This document shows positions 32,231 to 42,300 of a stretch of 64,000 nt of DNA, one piece after another. Location of the stretch: the NCBI GenBank assembly GCA_038893995.1, contig JAWAQK010000002.1, positions 32,001 through 96,000 on the forward strand, in the 5' to 3' direction. Under the pieces are notes generated by a model. The model was not told where the DNA came from. It ran no database searches and saw only the letters and a program-made list of their open reading frames with translations. A program made the position numbers and the translations under genes. Each line of letters starts with the position of its first letter. The first letter of the stretch is position 1. This stretch comes from Candidatus Thorarchaeota archaeon. GTDB taxonomy: Archaea > Asgardarchaeota > Thorarchaeia > Thorarchaeales > Thorarchaeaceae.

Positions 32231-35047
32231 CTACCAGAAACCCCGTGTCCTGGCGTATTGCTCTTCTGCTGCAGCAATTGCCCTAAGTAACGAGACTCTG
32301 TCCATTCTGCTAGGCGACAATATCCTGGATGCCATAGTCGGCCCGATGCCCCTTCCAGCTAGGACCATGACTGCCCTCTTGCCGTACTCAGCCACTAGCT
32401 GAGCAGTAAGATCCATCTGTCGTACTAGCCTATTCGACGAAACCCTGTTCCGACGACCATCATAGGTACTATCCTTCTGGTCCCCCCTCCGGATCTTGAA
32501 TACAGATATCATCCTTGATAGGCAGGTCGGGCACGTCACGATTTCGTCCAGTGAGTAGACCTTACGAACTGCGCTCCAGCTGCAGTTTCGGCACTGGAGC
32601 CGGAGTTCTGTGGATAGAAGCCTTCGCTCGAGCAGGGCGAGGATCTCTTCTTCCTCCAGGGTTTCGCCAACCAGTTCAAACCTGGACCTCCCTTCGACTA
32701 TCGACTGTGCAAGTGGGGACATTGACGCTGGAATCACGATTTGAAATTGTATTCTGCCATTCCTGCAGTCTTCGAGGAACTCAATCACGCGTTTCTCATC
32801 CGTTTTCTGAAAGAGGACCTCGTTGAGTGCCTCATCGAACACGGGCGTGTTTCTCAGCAATCTGATAAGATTTCTTGCTACGTTCGAGCTAGCCTCCGGT
32901 TCTATGACGCCCATTCTCTTGGCAACTTGTGCAAATCTGGACAGAAACGCATCTGTATTCTTTAGAGCCAACCGCAGCAGTGTTCTTGTCTGTGCAGCTT
33001 CAAGCCCTTTGAGCACGCATTCAATCTCGGAAGGGTCAATGTGCTGAGAGGTAGAGAGTAGTATCCTGTATGGATCGCTCTCCATTCCTATGTCAATCCC
33101 ATGTCTTGTGGACAGAAGAGCAGACAGCAGCAGGCCAAGTGTCTCATTGGCCCTTGTTCCCAGAGGCACATGAACAACGAGCCCCATACTTGTGCTCTCG
33201 ATGACGACGCGCTTGACAGATGGAATCACGCCAAGTATATGCATGCTAGCGTCGATGCACTGTATCACATACTCTGCTGCTTCCTTAGTCAGCCGATATC
33301 GTTTCTCTAGCCATTTGCAAGCCCTCTTCTTTGTCATGGTTGCGACGTGATTCCAAACGGAAGACACTTCGACAGCCACCTCATAAGGAACTGGAATCAT
33401 CTCTCCCGTCCATCGCGGAGGCGCAGTATCAGTACTGACTGCAGGTCTGCATAGTACCTCCTCATCTATGCTGACGACATCGTACGTCCTACCTGCAATC
33501 ACAAGGCTCGTACCTGCCGCCACATTGGTCTTGACATACTCCTCATCGAGGACTCCTACAGTTCTCCTTGTCAGTATGTCCAATACTGGTACTTGTCTGA
33601 CATCGGGTATTGTTCCCAGATGTTCGTAGTAGAACTTCCTTGTCCTCCTCGTGGCTGCAACACGGTCTCCAATAACTGAGATCAGAGATCTCCGCTTCAT
33701 GAACTCTATGAGACGCTCGATGTGTGATCTGTTGAACATCCTGAACGGACATGTTTCCCTTGTCATCTCAAGCAGCTCGGTCAAGCTCACACTCCCGGAA
33801 TCCAAGACAGCACCACATATCTGATGGCAGAGGACATCCCACGATTCCATCGGTATCTCGACATGCTCGACCTTGTTCAGAATTGCTCTCCGCACAATTA
33901 CACCTGACTCAGTCACATCATCGAGGTTCATTGTTGCGATGACAACACCCTCTGCAGCACCCCCTACCCGATGAGATGCTCTCCCTGCCCTCTGCAATTC
34001 CCTTGATACATTACGTGGACTGCTATACTGTACCACGAGGTCCGCCTGGCCTATGTCTATTCCTAGCTCCAGACTGGAAGTAGCTATCATTGCTTTGCAA
34101 GAGCCATTCTTGAACTCGTCTTCTGCCTCAAGCCGTTCGGACTTCGAGAGAGAGCCATGATGGACTCTGAGCTTGAGTGACGGATCGATTACCCTCATCT
34201 TAAGACCTAGTAGTTCAGCAAACGATCGCGTGTTGGTGAATATCAATGTCGAACTGTGTGTGTTTATCAGATCTAGGATCCTCTTCAGTCGCGCCACGTT
34301 GTATGGTGAGACCTTGATCTCCCGAGCAATCCTCATGTCTTCGTCATCTGGCACGGGCATCTCAACCCGTAGAATCATCCGTCGTGATTCAAATCCTCCC
34401 CAGATGATTCTGACGTACTGATCCGTTCCGCCCAACCATCCAGCAACAGTCCTGGGGTTACCAACAGTGGCCGAGAGTCCTATGCGCTGAATTCGTGAAC
34501 CGGCTATTCTCTCAAGTCTCTCCAGACCGAGACTGAGCTGTACACCTCTCTTGCTACCGGCCAGTTCGTGTACCTCATCAATCACGGCCGTTCGTACGTT
34601 TCTGATGTGCATCTGCATTCTCGGAGCAGGGATGATCGCCTGTAGTGTTTCGGGAGTGAGGATCAGCAGGTCTGGTGGATTCTCCAATTGCTTCTTGCGG
34701 AAGTGTTGTGATGTGTCTCCGTGACGTACACTCACACTCAGACCAACATGGGTACAGATTCTCTCGATGCGCTCGAGCAGATCCCTGTTCAGCGCACGAA
34801 GTGGGGTTATGTATAGCAGCCTCACGCCGCCTGAAGAACGATCGTCAGTCTGTTCTAACATCTTACTTAACAGTGGAAGCAGTGCTGCCTCCGTCTTTCC
34901 AGATCCCGTGGGAGCTACGATCAGGAAGTTATCTCTGGACCGAAGAATCTCGGGTATTGCTGCTACCTGAATTGGAGTTGGTTCGACTATTCCTCTATCT
35001 GCTAGGACTTCTCTTATCCGATCATGCAACAGCTCAAACACATTCAT
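32231..35047 (-). CDS. lhr: Lhr-like SF2 helicase with C-terminal Zn ribbon and HhH
   Basis: APTGSGKT, ITPLRALNRD, DEVH, SAT, HHGSLS, SSLELGIDIG, QRAGRASH. Confidence 0.92.
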   Translation of the reverse strand: MNVFELLHDRIREVLADRGIVEPTPIQVAAIPEILRSRDNFLIVAPTGSGKTEAALLPLLSKMLEQTDDRSSGGVRLLYITPLRALNRDLLERIERICTHVGLSVSVRHGDTSQHFRKKQLENPPDLLILTPETLQAIIPAPRMQMHIRNVRTAVIDEVHELAGSKRGVQLSLGLERLERIAGSRIQRIGLSATVGNPRTVAGWLGGTDQYVRIIWGGFESRRMILRVEMPVPDDEDMRIAREIKVSPYNVARLKRILDLINTHSSTLIFTNTRSFAELLGLKMRVIDPSLKLRVHHGSLSKSERLEAEDEFKNGSCKAMIATSSLELGIDIGQADLVVQYSSPRNVSRELQRAGRASHRVGGAAEGVVIATMNLDDVTESGVIVRRAILNKVEHVEIPMESWDVLCHQICGAVLDSGSVSLTELLEMTRETCPFRMFNRSHIERLIEFMKRRSLISVIGDRVAATRRTRKFYYEHLGTIPDVRQVPVLDILTRRTVGVLDEEYVKTNVAAGTSLVIAGRTYDVVSIDEEVLCRPAVSTDTAPPRWTGEMIPVPYEVAVEVSSVWNHVATMTKKRACKWLEKRYRLTKEAAEYVIQCIDASMHILGVIPSVKRVVIESTSMGLVVHVPLGTRANETLGLLLSALLSTRHGIDIGMESDPYRILLSTSQHIDPSEIECVLKGLEAAQTRTLLRLALKNTDAFLSRFAQVAKRMGVIEPEASSNVARNLIRLLRNTPVFDEALNEVLFQKTDEKRVIEFLEDCRNGRIQFQIVIPASMSPLAQSIVEGRSRFELVGETLEEEEILALLERRLLSTELRLQCRNCSWSAVRKVYSLDEIVTCPTCLSRMISVFKIRRGDQKDSTYDGRRNRVSSNRLVRQMDLTAQLVAEYGKRAVMVLAGRGIGPTMASRILSPSRMDRVSLLRAIAAAEEQYARTRGFW

Positions 35048-35225
35048 CGGCTAGCTTTCCTTTCTTGATGCGGCGCTGAAAGTCATTGATGACTATCCGT
35101 ATGTCGGTCGATAGGGTGATATCCGCTTGTCTTGCAAGCTCTTGAAGCTTGTCCAATGCGCTCTCACATAGAACATTCTCTGAAACTATCTCTTCGATTA
35201 TCGTTCTCATCTCTCGAAGATACAC
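35034..35225 (-). CDS. Small hypothetical helical protein overlapping the lhr start (start uncertain)
   Basis: Open frame (GTG)YLREMRTIIEEIV...ECV with a short overlap of lhr. Confidence 0.4.
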   Translation of the reverse strand: MYLREMRTIIEEIVSENVLCESALDKLQELARQADITLSTDIRIVINDFQRRIKKGKLADECV

Positions 35226-35292
35226 TAGATATGGGGCACATGACTGGAATGACTCGGCAAGCAGTGTCCTGCATGAATCTATACGTTCACCA

Positions 35293-35403
35293 TCATTCTT
35301 CAGATTGTTCCTGCCCCCAAACGCTGTAGGCCAGAATGAACACCAAGGCGAACAATCCAAGCATCAACATGACTATGTAGAGCACATTCTGAAGCGTCTG
35401 CAT
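35293..35403 (-). CDS. 36-aa single-TM micro-protein, Ost4-like (not in ORF track)
   Basis: MQTLQNVLYIVMLMLGLFALVFILAYSVWGQEQSEE*; TTTTAAG box at 35433-35439, about 30 nt upstream (leaderless geometry). Confidence 0.6.
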   Translation of the reverse strand: MQTLQNVLYIVMLMLGLFALVFILAYSVWGQEQSEE

Positions 35404-35459
35404 TGGAATCTGGCGACTCTGCGTCTAGTGCACTTAAAACAGTTGCTACTGCCCGTTGC

Positions 35460-35708
35460 CTACTCAGATCTTTGCATCTCTGAGAATCTGTCGACAAATG
35501 TCCCGTAGACGTCAACCGGTTCAGTTAGAGAGGTCACCTTCTCGATCGTCATGTCAAGCCCGCACGACCCACATCTGACGGTGGCAATGCCCTCCTCCTG
35601 ATACACTTCAATCTTTATTGCAACCTCTCCGCAGTTAGGGCACGCGTACACGTCGGGAATTCGCTTCTGGGGTCGTCGAATCACCTTTTGCCTACGTCTT
35701 CTTCCCAT
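35460..35708 (-). CDS. elf1: Transcription elongation factor Elf1
   Basis: MGRRRR, CPNC...CGSC Zn ribbon, EPVDVY..FVD. Confidence 0.93.
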   Translation of the reverse strand: MGRRRRQKVIRRPQKRIPDVYACPNCGEVAIKIEVYQEEGIATVRCGSCGLDMTIEKVTSLTEPVDVYGTFVDRFSEMQRSE

Positions 35709-35858
35709 TAGATCACCCTTGTCGTTTCTTCATCTGGATGAGCAAGGATTATGGAGAATAAAGCCAGCCAAGGGTCCCGGGGGCCTGTTTTAAGCATTTT
35801 GATGCCTCAGTGACCCAAACAAAAGACTTCTTATTGGGAAGGTGTCGCACTTGCCCAA

Positions 35859-36098
35859 ATGTCCTCCCTCAGTAAGAACCTAAGATGTATTCTCCGGATC
35901 TTGGAAGACAAAGGTCCCCTCACCACAGCAGAGATACTTCAGGCTGCTAACTCTGAAGCATACCGCGGTATATGCGATGAGTGTGTGGGAGGCGACTCGT
36001 TTGTTGCTGCTGCAAATCAGCTCGTGGAAATGGGACTTGTGACGAAACAGCTGCGAAAAGGTGGATACCACTGGCAAAGGACGGGTGTGAGCGCGTGA
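35859..36098 (+). CDS. Small winged-helix protein with CxxC
   Basis: ILRILEDKGPLTTAEI...L...GLV...KGGY.W; CDEC; GTGA overlap with the next gene. Confidence 0.65.
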   Translation: MSSLSKNLRCILRILEDKGPLTTAEILQAANSEAYRGICDECVGGDSFVAAANQLVEMGLVTKQLRKGGYHWQRTGVSA

Positions 36099-37339
36099 CG
36101 GACTGGAAGAGAATCAGAGGGGACTTTCCCGTTCTCAGTAGACTGATTCGAGGAAAGCCCATAGTGTACCTTGACAGTGCATGTATGGCACTCAAGCCAA
36201 GACAGGTCATTCGTGCCATGAACGACTACTATGAACTCCAGTCTGCGTGTGGCGGTCGCAGTCTGCATACACTTGGTAAGGAGGTTTCCGACGCTGTTCA
36301 TGTAGCACGAGAGAGTATGTGCAGATTCATCAATGCATCCGACAGTCGCGAGTGCATATGGACGAAGAATGCCACCGAATCCTTGAATATCGTTGCACAT
36401 TGCGTGGAACTTCCAAAGGGGTCGAAGATCGTCACAACATCACTGGAACACCATAGTGGCTCGTTGCCATTTGTTGAACGCGCTCGGCATGACGGACTAA
36501 AACTGGAAGTGGTAAAGTCCAGGGATGACGGGACGTTTGACATTGAGGATTGGAAACGTGCAATCGACTCAGACACTCGACTTGTATCTGTTGTGCATTC
36601 ATCGAACGTCACTGGAACAGTCGCCCCCCTACGAGAGATTGTTGAGATCGCACACGACAGGAACGCACTTGTTGTTTCTGATGACGCGCAATACGCTCCA
36701 CACCATCCCATGGACGTTCGTTCCTCCGACGTAGACTTCTCTGCAATCTCGATCCATAAGATGTGCGGACCTACCGGGATGGGCCTTCTCTACGGCAAGC
36801 TCGAGCATCTTGAGTCGATGAAGATGTTTGTCACAGGTGGTGACACGGTCAGCGATGTACGTTTCGAGGACGGTGAGATCCTGCCTACTTACCTCGGTCC
36901 TCCCGCCAAGTTTGAGGCGGGGCTTCAAAACTACGCTGGAATAATAGGATCGGGAGCAGCCGTCGACTATCTAACTTCTGTCGGTATGCATAATGTGGAG
37001 CACAGAGAGTATGCTCTCCTTCGTGCAACACTCAGACAATTGAAGGACATCAAGGGAATCAGAATCATTGGTCCCGACGATCCTGACCTTAGATCTGGCG
37101 TGGTTACATTTACGGTGGACGAGATTAGATCCGCACACGATGTTGCACTCTTTCTGAGTGAAGAGCATAACATCATGTGTAGATCCGGTTGGCACTGTAC
37201 CGGCCCCTATCATTACCAGGTCGGAATACCCCCCGTCTATGGTACCGTCCGTGCAAGCTTCTACTTGTATAACAATATGGATGATGTTCGCACGTTCCTT
37301 CACGCGCTCTGCGACCTTCTGGAATCTAGCATGGAATAG
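36095..37339 (+). CDS. SufS-like (class II) cysteine desulfurase / selenocysteine lyase family PLP enzyme
   Basis: IRGDFPVL, YLDSA, EHHS, D.AQ, SIHKMCGPTG, RSGWHC, RASFYLYN. Confidence 0.9.
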   Translation: MTDWKRIRGDFPVLSRLIRGKPIVYLDSACMALKPRQVIRAMNDYYELQSACGGRSLHTLGKEVSDAVHVARESMCRFINASDSRECIWTKNATESLNIVAHCVELPKGSKIVTTSLEHHSGSLPFVERARHDGLKLEVVKSRDDGTFDIEDWKRAIDSDTRLVSVVHSSNVTGTVAPLREIVEIAHDRNALVVSDDAQYAPHHPMDVRSSDVDFSAISIHKMCGPTGMGLLYGKLEHLESMKMFVTGGDTVSDVRFEDGEILPTYLGPPAKFEAGLQNYAGIIGSGAAVDYLTSVGMHNVEHREYALLRATLRQLKDIKGIRIIGPDDPDLRSGVVTFTVDEIRSAHDVALFLSEEHNIMCRSGWHCTGPYHYQVGIPPVYGTVRASFYLYNNMDDVRTFLHALCDLLESSME

Positions 37340-37425
37340 CCATTGTCAAACTGTTTCTTTGGACACCTGCATCCGGATTCCTTTCGTTAGACGCACGGCA
37401 CGGTCTCACGTTGCGGTCTGACCTC

Positions 37426-39183
37426 TCAACCCAACTTACTGAGGTCCTCTTCGACCTCCTGTCTCAAGCGCCTTATCTCCTCAAACAGACTGGATTCCTG
37501 GACCTCCCTGGCTGACACCTCGAAAGAGTCTCTGAATTTCCTCACAGTACCACGGACTGTAATTCTGGCCCCTCTTATCTCTTCTAAGAGTCCGGTTCCC
37601 CCTTTCCCCTTCTCGCTGATTTCAATCGCACTGGCCCGTGCCAACTCCTCTGCAACAGAGTCGAACAGAGTGACCCTCACTGTGTTTCCAGATCCATCAT
37701 CCAGCGTGATCTTGTATAGGAGAATTGGCACCGGCTTGTGCACCTTTCCGTGTGCACTACACGCGTATCCTTCCTCAGATTCATCCACCTTCTTTCTACA
37801 TCCCGGGTGATCACAGGCCAAGTAGAATATGTCCGACTCCTGTACTGCCACTACTATTCCCTCAACCTCAATGTATTTCTTCTCGAATGAATCGTCTATG
37901 TCGCACATTCTGACCCTCTTAGGTCTAGGTTGCAAGTGTTCCTCGAGAGATGAGATCTCCACATCTGTGATCACGATGTCCTCTGGGTTTCTCTCCAGTT
38001 CTCCCTGTCTTCCCACATGAAGTTCCGGTTCTCCTCGAATCCCCTCCTTCACATAACAATGCCTGATCCTTACCAGATCTCCTTCTCTGAGTTGAGAAGC
38101 CAGCTCCGCCTTCTCGTTCCAGAATGTGACTCTGACGGCTCCTGAATTGTCCGCGACCACGACGTTTCTGAGCCTGCCACTTCTCCCCTCCTTCTCGAAT
38201 CTCCTTTCCTCCATCACACTTATGACCTTGGCCTCTATGTCCACATCGGTCATGCTGGTTTCGAGTCTCGAAATGGGTGTGAGTCCAACAGATCTAGTCT
38301 GCGTTTCGAAACTGGCCTGGTCAACATCGATCTTGTAATCCAGGTTTCTTTCAATCACTGATGATCTGCCGGCATGAACCTCTATCTCGCCATTAAGTCC
38401 CTGCTTGGTGTAAGCCCCCGTGAGTCTTACTACCTCCCCCACATTCACATCCTTCATCTTCTCTGCATGGGCGTCCCAAAACACTATTCTGGCCGATCCT
38501 GTTTCATCAGCGCCTCTGATACTCATGATCGTCCCTTTCGTGCCATCTCGACTGCGCGTAAATGTCTTGAGTCCCTGTGTTTGGACAACTTTGAATACTA
38601 GTGTGATGTCGCTTGCTGGAACCTGAAGACTACCGATCTTGACCGTTTCCTGTTTCACATTGACTACGGACTTGAATACATCCGCTTCTTCTCCGTCCAT
38701 GACCCTCATCTCCCCTGTGTGGCCGAGGCTCAACTCAAGGGCATCTCTTAGTCCCCTCCTTGCAGAGGCTCCTCGTATCTGGATCACATCACCGACAGAG
38801 ATCTCGCCTTCTTCTACGACCTTCGTCTTGTCATCCCACAGGGCAACTCGTATCTGTCCTGACTCATCTGCTACGACGATACTGGCTACCTTGCCTTCTC
38901 CACTACTCTTAGAGAAGGTCCTCACTGGGTCAATCCTTACTATCATTGCTGTAAGCACAACATTCCTCATGTTCTCATTCAGATCTGATATGCGCATCCT
39001 TGAAGACCTGGGCTGCTGTAGGTCGACACCAAGTTCTCTCGCGACGATCATGGCCGCAGACTCGTCATTGATCAGGTCCATTCCAATATGCTGACGCTTC
39101 TTTCGGATGAGGTCCAGGATCTGCTTTCGGTCGTACTCCGTGTTTCTCAATACTATCTCAATCATTTCTTCTAGTGTTAGCAA
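37426..39183 (-). CDS. rpa: Replication protein A large subunit (4 OB folds plus Zn finger)
   Basis: Repeated D.SG/D.TG..RV.LW OB motifs; YLAC..PGCRKKV...C..H Zn motif. Confidence 0.9.
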   Translation of the reverse strand: MLTLEEMIEIVLRNTEYDRKQILDLIRKKRQHIGMDLINDESAAMIVARELGVDLQQPRSSRMRISDLNENMRNVVLTAMIVRIDPVRTFSKSSGEGKVASIVVADESGQIRVALWDDKTKVVEEGEISVGDVIQIRGASARRGLRDALELSLGHTGEMRVMDGEEADVFKSVVNVKQETVKIGSLQVPASDITLVFKVVQTQGLKTFTRSRDGTKGTIMSIRGADETGSARIVFWDAHAEKMKDVNVGEVVRLTGAYTKQGLNGEIEVHAGRSSVIERNLDYKIDVDQASFETQTRSVGLTPISRLETSMTDVDIEAKVISVMEERRFEKEGRSGRLRNVVVADNSGAVRVTFWNEKAELASQLREGDLVRIRHCYVKEGIRGEPELHVGRQGELERNPEDIVITDVEISSLEEHLQPRPKRVRMCDIDDSFEKKYIEVEGIVVAVQESDIFYLACDHPGCRKKVDESEEGYACSAHGKVHKPVPILLYKITLDDGSGNTVRVTLFDSVAEELARASAIEISEKGKGGTGLLEEIRGARITVRGTVRKFRDSFEVSAREVQESSLFEEIRRLRQEVEEDLSKLG

Positions 39184-39315
39184 TGGAATTCCCTTCGATT
39201 CCAGTGTGTTTCACCTGAAATTACCCGCTGGCCACCTTTAAACGTCTTCATTGATGGATCTCTTCACCGTCATGATGATAAGCGACCAGATCATCCTCTG
39301 CGTTCGCGAACTGAC

Positions 39316-42300
39316 TTGAGTGGTCAAGATTACTCTCTGCCAAAACATAGCCCAAGCTACGCAGAGTACTTCAGGACGATAAGCGACGAGATTGGAAGGA
39401 TATACGAAATTGCCTCTCGTGCCAGGGCAAAGGGCATTGATCCCTCAGAGAAAGTCGAGATCCCGCCAGCACACGATCTTGCTGCCCGAGTCGAGGCCAC
39501 TCTTGATGGCCCTGTAGGTATTGCAAGGAGAATCCGCGAGCTGCAAAGATCAATGAGCCGCGAAGAGGTGGCTTTCCAATTAGCACGAGAGGTTGTAGAG
39601 GGCCGATTTGGTGAAATAGGCAGCGACGAAGTGACCAATCCAGCCCTGAGAGAGGAGAAGGCCGCTGACAAGGCGGTCCGTGTTGCTCTCTCCATTCTGA
39701 CTGAAAGCATAACAGCCGCGCCCCTGGAGGGAATTGCAAAGGTCAAGATCCATGGTTCGAATGAAGACCGGTACTTGGCCCTCTACTTGGCTGGTCCAAT
39801 CAGGGCCGCTGGTGGTACCGAGGCAGCGGTCACAGTACTGGTCGCAGACTACGTTCGACAGGTCCTGGGGTTGCCTCCACTAAGACCTACAGAGAAAGAG
39901 GTAGAACGTGCAGTTGAGGAAGTCGAGCTTTATGCTAGAAACGTACATCTCCAGTATCCCGTGAATTCTGACCTGATACGGTTTGCTGCAAGGCACCTCC
40001 CCATCATGCTCACAGGCGAACCTACTGAAGAGATAGAAGTGTCCGGGACACGAGATCTAGAACGAATTGAAACAAACAGGGTTCGGGGAGGCGCGGTACT
40101 GGTTCTGAATGATGGAGTGGTGGGTAGGGCTGCAAAGTTGGCCAAGATCGTGAATCGCCTGAACATTCCCGGCTGGTCCTGGTTAGACGAGATTGTCGCT
40201 AGGACATCAAAGACAAAGAGCATTGAAACCGATGACGAACGTCAGAAGCTACTCGCTCCGAAACAAGACTATCTTGTCGATGTGATTGCTGGTCGCCCTG
40301 TGTTTTCACACCCATCCAAGATTGGAGGTTTTCGTGTCAGATATGGTCGATCTCGCAATACCGGTCTTGCTGCAGTGGGGCTCCATCCCGCGACCATGGT
40401 CGTTCTCAGTGAGTTTCTCGCATCCGGGACGCATATCCGAACAGAGAGACCCGGTAAGGGTTCCATTGTGGCGCCGGTCGACACAATCGAGGGCCCAATC
40501 GTCCTACTGGTTGATGGTTCCGTCAGGCAGCTGAATGATGTGAATGAAGCACGCGCCTGCATGGGATCTATCAAGAAAGTGCTTTACCTTGGCGATATAC
40601 TGATCGCACTGGGAGAGTTTCTCGAGAACAATCATCCCCTTGTACCTTCTGCATACTGCGAGGAATGGTGGTCTCACGACCTAGAGCAGAAGACACAGGC
40701 CCTGTCTCGAAATCAGCTCGCGAGCTTGCTTCGAGATTCTGGAGTTTCTCCAGAAGAGTATGAGTCTTTCGTGCATAATCCACTGACCCACTACCCGACT
40801 CCGCAACAGGCAGTCCTGATGTCCAAACTACTTGATATTCCATTGCACCCGAGGTATGTATATCGTTGGAATGCGTTGAGCCCGGTAGAGTTTGATGAAT
40901 TCAGAACCTGGCTTCTGACATCGTACGGGGAAATAGTGGAAGACGGTCGCAGACTGATAAAAGCGCCTGACAATTCACGATTCAAGGCCATGTTGGAGCG
41001 TATTGGTGCGCCTCACAGGTACCTGCAGGGCTCAAGAGAAATTGTACTCCTTGATGATCCGCTCACTATACTAGAACAGCTCGGCAACAGAGAGCATGAA
41101 CCACAGGGCTCAACCACGCTCGACGCAGTCAACTCGGTTTCGAACGTCAGAGTCGGTGACAGACTCGGGTTTCACATAGGTGCGAGAATGGGCCGGCCTG
41201 AGAAGGCAGAAGCAAGAAGAATGAAACCCCCCGTTCAAGTGCTCTTCCCAGTAGGCCGAGATTCCTCAACCGAGAGAAACTTGGAGAGGGTGGCACGAAA
41301 TCAGGAGTCCTTACCCCCACTGGACACCTATATGAGTCCCATGGAAACCGGGTATGGAATACCCAGAAACGTCGAAACTGATTCCGGTAGAGGTGTACTG
41401 GTAGAGCTGGTTGTGAGAGTGTGTCCTAACTGCGGAAACGAGACTTTCGAGCCCATGTGTCCCGTGTGTCGAGTACGTACGCAGGTGAAGCGATGGTGTT
41501 CGCAGGAGGGATGCGGTCTCTATGTTGACGAGACTAGGGGTCTCTGTCCACGCAGCCACAATGTGAATCTTATCAGATCAACGAAGGTCCGCAGGGTCGA
41601 TATCGATGCATATCTCGAGCGCGTCAAACAGGAGATTTCGGAGAGTGACGCGTTCGATGTCAGAGGGGTACTTGGCCTAACCAGTGAACTCAAGATTCCC
41701 GAGTATCTCGGCAAGGGCATTTTGCGCGCAAAACATGGCGTGTATTGCTATCGAGATGGTACTGCAAGATTCGATGCGACTGATGCACCTTTGACTCATT
41801 TCACACCTAAAGAGGTGGGGGCGTCAGTCGGTCGCCTGCGCAGCCTCGGATACTCAGTTGACTATCAAGGGAACCCGTTGGTGTCCGACGACCAGATACT
41901 CGAGTTGAAGGTTCAGGATATTGTCGTGTCAGAGGCATGCGTTGAGTATCTATTCCGCGTTGGTCAGTTTGTTGATGATTGTTTGGAAAAAATCTACGGG
42001 CTGGATCGATACTACCGTTTTGCCAGTCTTGAGGACCTGATTGGGCATCTGGTCATCGGTCTTGCACCGCACACATCCGCGGGGATTGTCGGACGCATCA
42101 TTGGCTTCACTGATGCAAGTGTCTGCTACGCCCACCCATACTGGCATGCTGCAAAACGCCGCAACTGTGATGGTGATGAGGACTCAGTGATGCTCGTTAT
42201 GGATGCTCTTCTCAACTTCTCCAAGTCCTTCCTACCCGCCGGAAGGGGTGGCTTCATGGATGCTCCTCTGGTCCTCTCGGTGATACTGAACCCACAGGAG

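Noticed and set aside
39272-39314. ATGATGA...CAGA...CTGA upstream of DP2 as a C/D sRNA
   Set aside because: First guide only 8 nt and no C' box; more likely leader sequence
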